Below, in pieces: positions 12,047 to 25,776 of a stretch of DNA of 64,000 bases. The notes beneath the pieces are model-generated. The model saw only the letters and a program-made list of their open reading frames with translations. It made no database searches and had not been told where the DNA came from. Source of the DNA: Callorhinchus milii. Taxonomy: Eukaryota. The position numbers and the translations under genes were made by a program. Within the stretch, counting starts at the first letter, position 1. Each line of letters starts with the position of its first letter. The DNA lies in NCBI RefSeq assembly GCF_018977255.1, contig NW_024704743.1, positions 33,854,001 to 33,918,000 of the forward strand, read 5' to 3'.

Positions 12047-13811
12047 AAATCCAATTTAATCAATAATCTGCAGGGCGCATGCATAATTTAATGTAGCTGG
12101 TAAGTGGGCATGTCGGCAGGTCAAGACTGTTTCCCACGATTCAATGCAGCTTGACTCGTTGCCTCATGCGCACTTATCGGCTGCAGTAACAAATTACCAC
12201 ATGTTCACTTTCCTACAAGCATTAGAATTGCACTGAATTGCAGGAATTGTAATTCTTCTGCGCATGCGACGAAGGGTCAAGACTATGTTTCCCACGATTC
12301 AATGCAGCCGGAAGGAAGTGCACATGCGTCGACGGGTCAGGAAGCCATTTCCCCCGATTCAATGCAGCTGGCAAGTACGGAAATAAGGGAGGGCAAGAGA
12401 GAGCTGTTGTGCATTAGAAGACGATTTCCTTATAAAATACGACTAGTGCAAAGAAATCCAAGTAGTTTTGGTAGGAAACTAAATGGGACTGGGGTGTTCA
12501 TGTACGACTTAGAAAATTATACAAATTATATAAATAAGACTTATGCGAGTTTTACTGTATTACACACGTTAGTAACTTGCTTGTATTAACACTCCACAAC
12601 ACCTGCAATGCAGTATTTTCTGCTTTCTGTAGCTATATTTTAGAGCAAGTAACCATTAAAATTACAATATAGCTTTTCCTTGTCAAGCTCTTATCCTTAG
12701 CTGGGTTTAATCAACTCTCAATAAAAAGCTGCGCTGAATCTTAGAAAGTTAATTAGTGGTTTCTATCAGCAGTTCATTTTAAAAGTTACCCCAGGCCTAC
12801 AACATCCAAACATCCCTATTTGATTTATTTTCAGCTCACGTTATTAAAAGTCACTGTTCATTTTCCAACTGTTCCTTTGCTATTTGAAGTGAATAATTCC
12901 TCATATTTAATTTTGCTGTCATTTCTAAGGGCAAGTTAGAATAAAACTAAGAGACAAGGAAATAGCATGTCACAACTGCAGGAAATAAAAAAAGTTTTTA
13001 AAAAAAATATTTATAAAAGATTGCCTCCTATAATAACAGTATGATAATCAAAATATTTTAATAATTGAAAAACTAAAGTTTTTCTTGTCAATTTAACCTA
13101 TTACTATTTTAAGAGCTGAAAAATGAATGTTTCCAGTCAATTTTATTATTTGTCATTGATATGAAACTGGGCAACTAGTTGAAATAATTTTTCTAGTCAC
13201 AGATGTGCAACAATACAAATTTACATAGCACCTTTTATAACCAAGGACATCCCACATTTACACCCAGTTGGTGCTGGGGAGAGTAAGGTGCTATATAAAT
13301 TTAAGTTATACAGTAAAACTCTCATAAACCTTATTTCTATAAATCATATAAACACACAAGTCATACATTCATTGGAGTCCCATTCAGTTCCCTATCAAAA
13401 CCACTTAAATTTCTTTACACTACTCATCTTACCTCCTAACTTGGAATGCCGCTCCCCTACTCTCCATTAATCTGACGCTTCATAATGGAGGTTAGGGGAA
13501 GCCTTGTATAACGAGAAATGATGTCTTTATCTGTCGACTCATGCGCACTTACCAGCCGGCTGCATTGAATTGCGAGAAACGTAGTCTTCATCCGTCGACG
13601 CATGCACAAAACTTCATTTTCCAATGGGATTCCAACATTTGCCAGTAAGTATGTATGGGATGACATGTCAAGATGCATTGAACTGCAGGAAATGGACTCT
13701 CAATCCATCAATGAACGAGTGCTCACCGATTGCAATGATGAATTACCCCATGCATGTTTACCGGCTGCACTAAATTACACACGCGCAATAAAGATTAATT
13801 AAATTGGATTT
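12047..13811. mobile_element. Putative non-autonomous DNA transposon or foldback element with terminal inverted repeats and ~60-bp subterminal repeats
   Basis: A perfect 14-bp inverted repeat (aaatccaatttaat 12047-12060 / attaaattggattt 13798-13811) extends imperfectly inward. The unit gtcaagact(at)gtttcccacgattcaatgcagc occurs three times at 12108-12376 and inverted at ~13535-13606. The interior is AT-rich with no transposase ORF. Confidence 0.7.
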
Positions 13812-14596
13812 TACATAGGAACATAGGAATTAGGAGCAGGAGGAGGCCATTCGGCCCCTCGAGCCTGCCCTACCATTCAATAAGATCATGGTTGATCTTC
13901 TAACCTAACTCCAGCTGCCCGCAAACTTGCAAGCAAACTAGAAATTTTCTACGATTTCTATTTTACTTGCAACTCAGACTTCACATAAGTCACATGTTAT
14001 GGTCCCGACTGATACAACTTGTGGGTTTTACTGTATTCTATCCCTCCCTATTAAACAGGATTGGGGGTACCGTGGTGCATAGAGCTGCAATTTATCTACC
14101 AGGAGCTTGCTGGTTCAAATCCTCGTTCAGTCCCAGCATGGGGGGTTAAATTGACCCAGCATTACTTAGTTTAGAGAGGATAAAAAAACACAGCTCGAGT
14201 TCCTGCTTCATGCCCCTCTTCAGTACCTAGTGTCAAGTCATTTATTCATGCATCAATGCTCAAATAATAAGACAATATCACACAGAAGTGTAACATTCCA
14301 GTCGTGTTAGTACTCATCTAATATTCTTGCAAGAACTTTAATAGAAAGAGTAATTGCAGTCTACTTAATGCAATAGTTACTAAATGTGGGTGCTCATACA
14401 AACACCTTTCATTTCACTCCAATTTTTCCATGTCGTTTTGAGGCGGAAAACAAGGCCACATCAAATTATTAAATTTAGTTATTCCATTTGCATACAATTA
14501 TTTACATACAATTATTTACATTCAGTTGTTATCTAAATGGCTATCAAATAAAAATATAACATAAAATGAACATTTCTGCTGAATGTTTTGCCTTAC

Positions 14597-14657
14597 CTCT
14601 CCAACTTTAGCACAGTCCTTGGATCGTTTGTGTAGGGCTGCCCATGTATCTTCATAC
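14597..14657 (-). CDS. DTNBP1: Dysbindin internal coding exon (equivalent to human exon 4, 61 nt)
   Basis: The minus strand reads aaaaag|GTATGAAGAT...GGAGAG|gtaagg and translates (R)YEDTWAALHKRSKDCAKVGE, versus human RYEDTWAALHRRAKDCASAGE. It splices in frame to the 8854-8986 exon. Confidence 0.96.
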
Positions 14658-16974
14658 CTTTTTTGAAACAATGAAAAATATAAATAAATCCACAGCCACA
14701 CATTTAATTGATGTTTCAAAAACATAAAATTGAAAGCACATAAACTATAAGAGCTAGCTTTCAACAAACATTTAGAACTTTCTACCTCCATCCATTACAT
14801 ACCTCAGTTTTATTTACTTCTTTCAACAGAGGTGGGGAAGCATTTGATAAGTTTTCTACAGTTACTGTTAATAATTTACAATGAGCAACAGAAGGTTCAC
14901 CTACTGCAATAGGCTTGGCCTCCAAAACCATTTCTGCCCTTATTCCAAATTTGGAGGACATTGTTCAGAGTAAAGGAGCAACACAATTTATTTTAAAACT
15001 TTGTTCTAAACCAATGAATGTGGAATATGCTGTATACAATAAAGCACATATTCAAAATGTTTTACACAGGAACAGAAAGAAACATAATATGCCAATGCAT
15101 TTTCATTCCAGCTTTTATATGATCATAGCAAAGTATTTAAGGTATAGCTATATATAGACACACACACATAAAAAAAAATCCAGTCACAGTGAAAGAAACT
15201 GTAGAAAAAGTACAATTGGTAGTTGAATTCGTTAATTCCAAAAGAGGTTATACAGGACATTATTTATTTTGTTCTTATTAACCTATGCTTCAGGCACACT
15301 AGTAAATTCATAGCACAGGCCAACTCCATTATAACAGTGATTTGGGTCCATAACAAAGCGCTCTGGAACCTACCCCATGTGAAGGGCATTATATAAATGC
15401 AACTTATTGTATAACAGGCTCCAAGTTATGACCAGGAGGTTAGATCAGTCCCTGCTTGCTGGACACAGGAAGCTGCAGAATCAAGCAAGCATTCCTAGTG
15501 GTTGCAGACACTGCTAAATTTAGTGCAAATTGATCAATTACCTTTACAAAGAACAATGTAAAAAAAGCAAATATTCGGCATTAACATGCAGTTGGCGATT
15601 ATTTAAATATAATTATGCATTGCTTCCCCAGTTCTCTGGTATACGAGAATGCTGTCTCTCAACCCTGACAAAAGATACCTTCATCAAATATTGGAAAATA
15701 ACATTACATCACCCACATTTTAGGCAGTGTTTTGAAAGGTGAAGGAAGGTAATACTGTAGGGATGTTTATTTCCTCTGGAAACAGTTTGATCAATATCTA
15801 GTGAGCACAGATCCATATGTTTCTTCTGGTTGACTGCAGAGCAATTTGGTTTATTAACTCATTTCAACACCATCTTGGTTCTACTTCCTACCTTATTAAA
15901 TTGAATAGGATCTATTTCAGTCTTGGATGGATATTTGCATTATCTCCAAAAGTACAAAAAGGTGAAACACAGAAAATGATTGGACATTGGGTGGAAAGTG
16001 GTGTTATTCCTCTGCGTGTACTTGTACTTTGTAAAAAAAATTAAAAAACATAACATTCAATTAAGCTGTACATGGGTAATGTTGCAAAGAAAACTGAAAT
16101 GGTTAAATTCAGGTAAACTCAGAATTCAAAAACTTCTCCTTTTTAAGGAGACCTGCTGCACCTATTTCACATTCCAGAAGGCCATCACATTTTTACCATA
16201 AATGAAACAATTTTTAATTTTACAAGCAGTAAATTAAGAATTCTCCATAGTGCAAAGCAAAAGCTAGAAATCTGCATTTTCACTAATTGCAACATTTTAC
16301 GATTATCTGAATATTGTGGTTTAATCTTGATCAGTTACACCCAAATTTTGATTTAAGAAAAATAAAATCTATAAAACAAAGAAATTGCACACTTATCGGT
16401 CTAGTCAACATGGAAGACTACCAATAGCATCCAAAAGAACATTTGTTCCAGGAACTACATCTGCTTTTATATTTTAACCAGATGACAACAACTTGCATTT
16501 ATATAGCACCCTTCACATTGGAAGCTTCATAATAATCCTTGCATTTGATATAGCGCTTTTCACATCGGGAGGACGTCCCAAAGCGCTTCACAGAACACGC
16601 TGTAAAGTGAATTGACTGTATATTTGTGGGCGATTCGGTGGAGGCTTAACAGTAGCATGGCTTAACACCAAACGAGAAAGGTGGGTGGATGGTGACCAAA
16701 GGCATAGTTGAAGAGGAAAGTCTTCAGGTGTGAAGATGGGAAGAGAGGGATCATAATGGAGGGATTGAGACAAGGAGGCCATTTGAGACAGCAAATGTAC
16801 CCGATGAAAGGAAAGCAGAGCTGAGTAAACACTGAGTGATCAAATGCCTGAAAGACAGGTTTACCAGAATCTGAAACTAGAGGCACTTCAGCGAAGTGAC
16901 AAACAGTGTTCGAATAAAACTCCAAATTTCAAAGAGCAGTCCCATGTAAAAGGCAAGGTTTCCATGGGACTGTT

Positions 16975-17250
16975 AGGCAAGTTTTCTTACTTCACACGCC
17001 TATGTTTACCTAGGAGTAGGTAGGAACCTGGTTGTTAGTCGATTGGCAGATCGCTTTTCCGGGGGTAATAATGCCATCAAAAAAAATAATAGTTTGGTCA
17101 CTCAATGCACGACTGTTTGTGACGATTTGCTGCCTTGTTTTGCCCACAAAGTATACAGTCAATTCACTTTACAGTATAATCTGTGAAGTGTTTTGAGATA
17201 TCTCAAAGACGTGTTAAGGCTCTATCTTGAATGCAAGGATAATTATTATT
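16975..17250 (+). mobile_element. SINE, long variant, 5'-truncated
   Basis: ggcaagttttcttacttcacacgcctatgtttacctagg...atgcaaggataattattatt. Further partial copies or tails occur at ~16529-16635 (-), 17503-17604 (-), 47690-47845 (-), 51340-51545 (+), 57565-57728 (+) and 62240-62535 (+). Confidence 0.85.
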
Positions 17251-17606
17251 AAAAGAAATCAACCAACAACTTCATGAAGTTATAATATTAAGCATTGCCA
17301 ATCACATTACGGGTTTGAAGAGGTTGAATCATCAGATTCCATCTGATTTCCCCCAAATGAATTGCTACATTTACTTGACAAGAAAAAAATTTGACAATTT
17401 AAAAAAAAAGGTAACCCCATAATCAACATAATACCCATGAACTTCTATACATGAATCAAATTATGAAAAGCACCAGAATTACTTGCATGGGAAAACCCTG
17501 CAAATAATAATCCTTGCATTTGATGTAGCGCCTAATCATGTCTTTGAGATGTATCAAAGCGCTTCACAGAATATACAGTAAAGTGGATTGACTGTATTTT
17601 GTGGAT

Positions 17607-18350
17607 GAACTCTATCTCTCTGCCTCCACCCTCAACTCCAGGACTACTGGCGTCCTGGCCGACTGCCTGCCCAACATCAAGTCCTGGACGAGGGACGAGG
17701 GACAGCTTTCTCCAACTGAACATCAGCAAAACCGAGGCCCTCCTGATTGGCTCGCGCCAGCGCCTCCGTACCTCGGGCGCTGGTATCATCAGCCTCCACG
17801 GCTGCACACTCAACCTCACTAAGCCAGTCAGGAACCTGGGTGTCTTGTTTGACCCTGAACTGTTCTTTCTTCCCCACATCTACGCCATGACCAGCACCAC
17901 CTCTGCAACATTGCCAGACTCTGCAACTGCCTCACCCCTCAGGCTGCCAAAACCCTCACCCACACATTCATCACATCAAGGCTCGATTATGGAAACTCCC
18001 TCCTCATAGGCCTTCCTAACTCTTCCCTTCACAAGCTGCAGATCATCCAAAACTCTGAAGCTCGTGTACTCTCGTGCTCCAGTCTCCGTGATCCCATCAC
18101 TCCCACCCTCGCCCGACTCCACTGGCTCCCCATCCCCCAGAGGATCGAGTTCAAGATCCTCGTCCTCACTTTCAAGGCCATCCATGGCCTTGCCCCCTCC
18201 TACCTCTCTAACTTGCTGACTTCCTACCAACCTGCCCACTCCCTCCGTTCAGCGGGCTCCGGCCTGCTCCATGTCTCCCGCCCGAGCCGCCCCACCGTCG
18301 GTGGCCGGGCTTTCAGCCTCTCTGCCCCCACACTCTGGAACTCCATCCCA
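17607..18350 (+). mobile_element. L2 LINE internal fragment, truncated at both ends
   Basis: FLQLNISKTEALLIG...[12 protein letters not shown] and GGRAFSLSAPTLWNSIP; homologous to 41405-42135. Confidence 0.92.
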
Positions 18351-18631
18351 AACACGGAAACAAGCCATTCGGCTCAACTGTTCTGTTCGGATGTTTATAC
18401 TCCACATAAGTCTCCAGTCCCCAAATCCCCTTTCCATACTTTTCTATTCCCTTCTCTCTCAAGAGTGCATCACTTTTCCTCTTAAATACATTTATGCTTT
18501 CTGCTTCCAACCAAGCTTTTAGCAATGAGTTCCAGATATTCACCACCCTCTCTGCCTCAAGAAATCCCTCCTAAATTCATTTTGAGATCTGTTATTGTCT
18601 TATCTTATATTTATGCTTCATCATGTGGGAC

Positions 18632-18797
18632 ACAACAACAACAACAAAATTACATTTATAAAGCGCCTTTCACGTCGGGAGGATGTCCCAAAGCGCTGAA
18701 CAGTCTGGTGTCGGGACCCGAGCATGGGGGAAGGGTGGTATAGGGGTGAGGGAAGGCAGAGAGGTGGGAGGGCGACCAAAGGCACGGTCGAAGAGAT
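18632..18797 (-). mobile_element. Short L2 3'-end insertion (duplicated at ~31392-31557)
   Basis: (caa)n tail plus the reverse complement of the L2 3' UTR seen at 42200-42352. Confidence 0.8.
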
Positions 18798-20580
18798 CAA
18801 CAACAAGCTTTCATAATTTTAGGCACATTAGGATCTATTTTGTTCTATTTACAGAATGGAGGCACTGCAATAATACCCGGTATTTACCAGCCCTTGGACA
18901 TCTGTAGACTCAGATAGGTATTGCCAAGACTGCTGGTGTTGTTTGATTGATCCATCCAAACTACTTTTCAACATTTTCCTTTATTCCTCACACTACTTAA
19001 GTTATTTTCTTCAGATCTCAAGCAACCTCCTTCTCAATGCTTTACAGATCTCTAAAAGAGACCCAAACTAGCAGCGGTGTCCTTCACTAATCTACCCCCT
19101 TTACTAGCTGGTGCTGAATTCTGAATCTTGCAATCACTTATACAGCAGTTGTTGCAGTGATGCAAAACTTTGGCACATATTTCATTAACTGAATTTCCCA
19201 ACCATTCCTTTATTCAGGGACCACACAGGCTTCTTTTGATTTTGAACAAGAGCAATGAACAAATGAAGTTGAGGCTACTGCTGTGCAGATGTAAGCACCT
19301 TTGAAGTTCTTTGCGACATTTTGACATTTTTTTCCTTACATTTCCATTCATTGACATGATAAGGCACTATCAAAATGTTCTTTCTTTTTTCTTACAATGA
19401 TATATTACCCGTCTTTTACAAATGAGTAAAGATGCTGGCTCTCAATATGGTGAATCACTGTACTTTTCTAACCTTAAATATTTACCAGAAGATAAATTGG
19501 TATCAGGACTCATTTTTACAAACAAGGCTTAAAAAAATATTAGTGGCACAGATAGGTGGCTGTAAGCACAGTCGAAGAGGAAGGTTTTCAGGCGGGACTT
19601 GAAAAAGGGGAGAGAGGGAGAAAGGCGGAGGGATTGAGGGTGAGTGTTCCAGGGTTAAATGTAGCCCTTTCCCCAGATGTGAAGAAAGTAAGGCACAGAT
19701 GTAACATAACTACAAGCCCTTGCAGTAGTTAATTGGTTTCTCGTACATGAGACACTATTGATTATTCTACAAAAATGTATCTATTATACTTTGCTACATA
19801 CGCCTTAATATGAAATTGATAGATGTGCTCAGGGCAAGTCCAAGGTTTAAAAACTCTGAGTTTGTTTGACTTTGTACTTCGTAAACCAATAGTAGACACA
19901 GAACCAGAGGTGGTTATTCTGTTGCATTTGCTAAATGTATTGACTGATAATAATTATCTGAATTTACATAGCATCTTTCACTGAGGTTAACTGAATATGT
20001 TAATTTACACTGAGTTATTCTGCTCCGTTTGCTAAATGTATGGATACAATTAATAACAATGGCGTTTAAATTCTACTTAAAATGAAATTCCTAACACAAA
20101 ATCAAACTATAATTATAAAATATCAGCATTTATTTTTAAGGGCCCAGCAAAAAAAAAGCTAAATTGCATTGTAACATCAATTTACATTGCAAACTTTTAG
20201 GTCGATAGGACATCTCAATATGTTTCAAATGACTAACTGGAGCACGAACATAGCTGCCAAGCGAGAGATGTGGATAGTGATCCCAGATCTTTTTGCAACA
20301 AAACGTTAACGGAAGGAAATCACAGTTTGTGAGTGCTGGTTTCTGGAAAGTTTCAAAACTAACAATAGCATCATAGCCAAATGTACAGTTTCCAGCCTAA
20401 AGCTTGGGGGTCAGAAAATGTGATAACTTTCTTACACAATCTTATTGGCTTCTTTTTCACCATTGCTCAGTGTCACGGAAGGACCATGGTCTTGTACAGG
20501 TGACGCACTAGGTCAATGGTTCTCCATGCAACATGTCGGTTGTGGAGGTGAGAAGGCTTTTCGAACATATGAAGATCTAT

Positions 20581-20895
20581 GGAGTCCTGTAGCTCAGTGG
20601 TTAGAGCACTCGCTTTGCAAGTGAGAGACCTGGAGTTCAATTCCAGGCAGAGGGCGAAACCTTGGCAAGTTTCCTTACTCCACACAGAGCCTAATAATAA
20701 TCCCTCCAAAACAAACAATAATAAATGGTCATTTTCAATCTACGACTGTTTGTGGGACATGCTGTGCCAATTGGCTGCCGCGTTTCGCCCCACAATATAC
20801 GTCAATTCACTTTACAGTGTAGTCCTGTGAAGCGCTTTGAGACGTCTAAGACGTGAAAAGGCTATATCAAATGCAAGGATTATTATTATTATTAT
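20581..20895 (+). mobile_element. tRNA-derived SINE, short variant (duplicate at 33350-33675)
   Basis: Head ggagtcctgtagctcagtggttagagc...gttcaattcc carries A and B boxes. It is followed by a ccttggcaagt CORE-like start and an L2-like tail ending aaatgcaaggat(tat)n. Confidence 0.92.
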
Positions 20896-21589
20896 CTATG
20901 CAAAGGTAAACTTGGTATAACACAATGCTGTACACAATACCATTGGGAAATAAATTCACACCATTACATTTCTGCCAACAAATGGGGTCCTCATGATGTT
21001 GATGCTTGGTCTAATGAGCAGCTCTTCTGCTTTAACCAGCAGAGAACTATGGGGATTCACTGAATGAGACAAATTGCTTCAATTTGTGCAAGATTTTTTC
21101 ATTGCGCAATATAATCTATTTATAACAGTGGCTGTTTGATTTCCCCCGCAAAAATCAGGTTTAATTGTATTGGCTAACAGAAAATAATACCATAGACAAG
21201 TTAACAACTGCAAATGGGTATTAAAATGTTACGCATACTTTATTGCATGTCATTTCAAGAAATTGACTTGTTTGTAACAACATATTTACAAGATTGTAGA
21301 CAGGTAATGGTGAAAGTAAAGTACAATACCAATAATGACATACAGGTACAATCTAAACTCAACATTGTGTCAAGACGCATTATATAAACAGTGTACAGAA
21401 AACTCAACATTATATCAGACACCATTGAGACTATTTGTGGAGCATTTTACATTGATGAGTTTTGACAGAAAGCCTCCTGTAAGCTAAACTATTACAGTGT
21501 TGTCCATGAACAACTTGGGGACATTTCAACATGATGGGACACTACAAAAATGTGAGCTCTTTCTCTCTATGAAGTCAGAAAGCTGTTAT

Positions 21590-21995
21590 AATAATCCTTG
21601 CATTTAGCTAAATGTCTTATTACATCATCGAGACATCTCAAAGTGCCAGAATGTACTGTAAAGTGCTGTTGCTGTGTGAACTTGGTGGGTGAATGCAGTA
21701 GCCAGTTTTGAGCACAGCAATGTCCCAGAAGTAGGGGATTTGTTGGCCAAGATACCAGAAGAAACCCCTCTCTTTTTGAATAGTGTCATAGGATCTTAAA
21801 AGATCACCTGGACAGGTAGTCAGGACCTTGGTTTAACATCCCATCTGAAGACGCCACCCCTGCCAATGCAGAACAGCCCCAGCATTGCATTGGAGTGTTA
21901 ACATAGATAATATAGGTTCCAAGTCCCAAAGTGAAGCTTGTACCAACGGCCTTCTGACTCAGAGGCAAGAGTGCTACCACTGAGCCAAGATGATA
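21590..21995 (-). mobile_element. Deu-domain SINE with tRNA-like head (duplicate at +12780)
   Basis: The minus strand has the head ggctcagtggtagcactcttgcctctgagtcagaagg and the Deu-like core ggggtggcgtcttcagatgggatgttaaaccaaggtcctg...ggatcttttaagatcctatgacactattcaaaaagag. Confidence 0.8.
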
Positions 21996-22214
21996 ACATA
22001 GCAACTACAGCAATTCCTCGTAATAAATTCACCTAGAAAAATGAACAATTTGTGATTTTAAAGGGTCTTAAAAGAAGAGTTATTCTTGCTCAACATCCAG
22101 CGAAATCGAAGAACAGTCTTATCAACAATATATTTAAGTATCAGCCAGCCCAGTTGGAGGCACTTTTATCTCTGAGGCAGAAGGTAGTGGGGTTGAAGCC
22201 TCAGATCGGGACTT

Positions 22215-22850
22215 TAAACTTGCATTTGATATAGCACCTCAACATGTGATTGGGACATCACAAAGTGTTTCACGGGATATACTGTAAAGTGGATTAACTG
22301 TGTATTTTGTGGCTGCGAAACACAGTAACCAGGTGCGCATGCGCAACACAATGTCACACAAACATCCATGAAGTTAGTGGCCAATTTTATTTGGGGGGGC
22401 CTTATTGGCCAGGACCCAGGAGAACAACAACAACAAAATTACATTTATAGAGTCTTTCACATGTCGGGAGGACGTCCCGAGGCGCTGAACAGTCAGGGGT
22501 CAGGATCTGAGCATGGGGGAGGGGTGGAGTAGGGGTGAGGGAAGGCAGAGAGGTGGGAGGGCGACTGAAGGCATGATTGAAGAAGAGGGTCTTGAGACCG
22601 GCCTTGAAGGAGGCAAGGGAGAAACTCCCTTCTCTTTTTGAATAGTGCTATAGGATCTTTAACATCCACCTGAATAAGTAGATTGGACCTCAGTTTAACG
22701 TCTCATCCGAAGGAGGGCACCTCCAACATTGCAACACCCCCCCAGCATTGCATTGTCTGCTTAGACTATGTGATTCCAAGTCCTGATATAGGGTTTAAAC
22801 CCACAAACTTCAGAGGCGAGAGTTCTACCACTGCCCCAGGCTGACACACG
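22215..22850 (-). mobile_element. Deu-domain SINE split by an L2 insertion (duplicate at +12780)
   Basis: The minus-strand core is ggaggtgccctccttcggatgagacgttaaactgaggtcc; the head is at ~22800-22845. Confidence 0.8.
22425..22617 (-). mobile_element. L2 3'-end insertion nested in a Deu-type SINE (duplicated at +12780)
   Basis: (caa)n tail and L2 3' UTR, flanked by ggagaa (22419-22424 and 22618-22623) as a TSD. Confidence 0.8.
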
Positions 22851-23504
22851 CTTTAAGTTTATATATAGCGAACAGTTTTCAAAGCGTGGGTGTGTGTTAA
22901 CCTCTGGTGGGGCACAACATTATTTGATGCTGATTTAATCAGATGAGTTTTTGTACGATATAAGGCCCTATGTACGCTATTATGGTACAGAGATGTGTTA
23001 CAATGTATTAAATTCACTGTATACAATGCAGAATTATTAGATACCTTCAAAGTACGTTATCAAAACCTTTACTGCTTGGTTTGTCCTATTTGTATAACAT
23101 TGAATTTTCCGTACTGGCAGTAATAAATACAAGGTACCACTCCAGAATGGAAATGGAAACAATCTCAGAGTGTCTGTTTACAAAATCCCCCCACAAATTG
23201 ATAAACTTTTCTGCAGAGAAACAGACCACCCTTCACATTAATAATAATAATAATAATAATCCTTGCACTTGGTATAGTGCCTCATCATGTCGTCAAGATT
23301 AATTAAGTCATTAATTTGTTGAGTACATGTTCATTTGAATCCTCGTAAGGTTGAATCATGTCATCTGTAATATCTATTAGGTGTGTGTTCATTTTTTAAA
23401 TGTGCTATCTAGGGTATGTGTATATATGTGTGTGTCTGGGGGCAAACAGATGCACTAACAGAAAGGGGGTCTTCAGTGCTCAAAGTTTAAAAATTGCTGG
23501 TTTA

Positions 23505-23845
23505 GGCTGTCACTCGAGTACAGTGCTGATTGTATGCTGCATTTTTGGAGGTGCCGTCCTTCAGATGAAAAGTTAAATCGAGGTCCCATCCCCCTGTTCA
23601 GAGGATGTCAGGGCACTATTCAAAAAGCGAAAAGGAGATTTCTGCCAGTGTCCCGGCCAAAAGCCCCCAAAAAATAAATGGTCCCTCACTTCATGGCTGT
23701 TTGTAGGACTTTGTTGTGCACAAATTGGCTGCTGCCTTCACCTACAAATACACAGTTATTACACTTCAAAGTCAATCCATTGAAGTGCTTTGAGAAGTTT
23801 CGACAACGTGACAAAGCAAAATATCAAATGCAAAAATTATATTAT
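23505..23845 (+). mobile_element. Deu-domain SINE (duplicate at +12780)
   Basis: ggaggtgccgtccttcagatgaaaagttaaatcgaggtccc...ggcactattcaaaaag...ccagtgtcccggccaa. Further copies occur at ~4345-4570 (+), 6575-6860 (+) and 55380-55690 (-). Confidence 0.8.
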
Positions 23846-25776
23846 ATTTGGTCAAATTAAATTGATGTTCACAACTTGTGTCCTCTTGCTCTCCTCGCGG
23901 TGCATCCAAAAGTATTGTTCTGGCTTTATTTTCTCAATCTCATTTAAAATCTTATTACCTCTATAACATCCCCTCTGAGAGGTTTCTTTTCAAGAATGTA
24001 TCAAATGCAAAGACTATTATTGCCTATACAATAGTCCTGCTATTTGGAAATACGGAGCTTGAGCAGCAGCTGCAAACCAAACTAGTTGCATTCCACTTTC
24101 TTAGTTTGTAGAACTGGGTCTATCAGCATCTTTCGTTAACCCTACTAGGTATGGTTTGCAGAATAATCCTGATGTACCGCTTTACCACCCCAAGGAAATA
24201 TTAGATGCACGTTCTGTCTTTCACACGTCTATGGTCGGAATTTTTAACCACTATAGTAAATAGTAAATTTGCCAAACTAACCAGTAAATATTCACCTCGT
24301 TTGTAGCAGGCTGGTGTCATTAGCACAAGGCTGACTGAACACTTCCTTGGTAAAGCTGTTCATGACTAATGAAATCATTCATGCCTGTGGATATTTATTG
24401 AATGTGGATATTTGATGATTGTGTTCTCTATGGGGCTATAAAAATGGGACAGGATATTAATATATGAAAAGTACATTGTAGCTTAAGACTACCAAAATAT
24501 CAGACAGCCTTCTCAAGTTCAAATGCTGCAAACATTTTGCCAGCTGATATTCAATGTATGATTCTGTAATTAATGTGTTAAATAATATCTTAAATTATAT
24601 TTGCGATGCTTATATATTTGAAACATATAATCAATCTTACATCAGGCAAGCTGGTTGTGACTAGCTTCAAAGAGGATCCTTTCTCAAGGAGGAGAAACAA
24701 AAGACCGCTTATAAACAACAAACTATTTTCATTTCCTTATCAGTCATTTTCTCATGGAAACTTGGTCTGCAGCTGGAGAGAGCTATGTCGAATTTGTTCT
24801 TACAAAGGAACTATCTTGAAAAAGACTATAGGTGAAAGGCCACCTAATCAATGGTATAAACAGAGATTGATTGGAAAGAAGAAGAGAGAAGAAAGAAATT
24901 GGAACTTGGAGTCGCAAACCATATTCCAGCTTCTAAAGAAGGAAGATCAAGACTACAATTTAAACAACACAAAATGTACAATAATACTTGGATACTTTTG
25001 GGCGATATCGAACTGGGAACCGTACAACAATACTTGGATACCTTTTGATAACAATTATTAATCTGAAATAATAAATCTTGATTAATTGTATAACATTTGT
25101 GTCAGTCTTTACTTCACCACAGGGTCACAAAATTAAATTAACCCTTACAAGATCAATGTAGATTTCAATTAAATCAAAATAAATTATAATATGTTATCCT
25201 TTCGCCATGTGAAGATATTAAAAATGCAATTGTCATTGTTCAGTAAAAAATCTGATCTGGTCATGGAATAAGAACACCAAAAAAAAGTAAGGTCTTCATC
25301 TGCAAAGCAGGAAAAGCCGGAAGACTGAAATGTGCTTTTATGATACCATGTCCACAGTTCCTGGAACAATTATTAAACCAGTCAGTGCACTTCACTGGTG
25401 ACAGGAGTAATGTTTATTTTTGATGTATTAGCTAGAATCCAAGGCAAATAATTATTACTGTTCCAAACAAATGAATCAGAATAGGCCATAAAACCGTTTT
25501 GTTTTTTTGACAAACATATGAGTGTTTAGTTTATCTGTTCCATTTGGGCTCTTGAATACTTCAATACAATCTCCCCTACGACTTCTCTTCTCCATTGTGA
25601 ACATTTCCGGTTTATAACTCAAGTGTCTAATTCAGACTATCATTTTAATTACCTTTCATTGCACTCAGTTCAATAACTGTAATATGGCAGTACCTTATAG
25701 TCAGACCAATGCCCTGTACAAGTTCAGTATACAATCCAGACAATAACCTATTTGGTCCATTTTTGTTGACGGTTAC

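Noticed and set aside
12108..12376. CRISPR-like repeat-spacer array
   Set aside because: The units are degenerate and unevenly spaced, the context is a vertebrate intron with no cas genes, and they are better explained as subterminal repeats of an inverted-repeat element.
19295..19320. Possible DTNBP1 exon 7 relic (CGC AAA GAA CTT CAA AG|gt)
   Set aside because: It is too short and has no acceptor AG at the expected distance.
24434..24445. TATA-box-like ggctataaaaa
   Set aside because: The motif is common in AT-rich DNA and has no supporting downstream gene or promoter context.
24606..25061. 151-aa ORF (duplicate at 37386-37841)
   Set aside because: It is AT-rich with low-information composition and no recognisable domain, and it recurs only because of the duplication.
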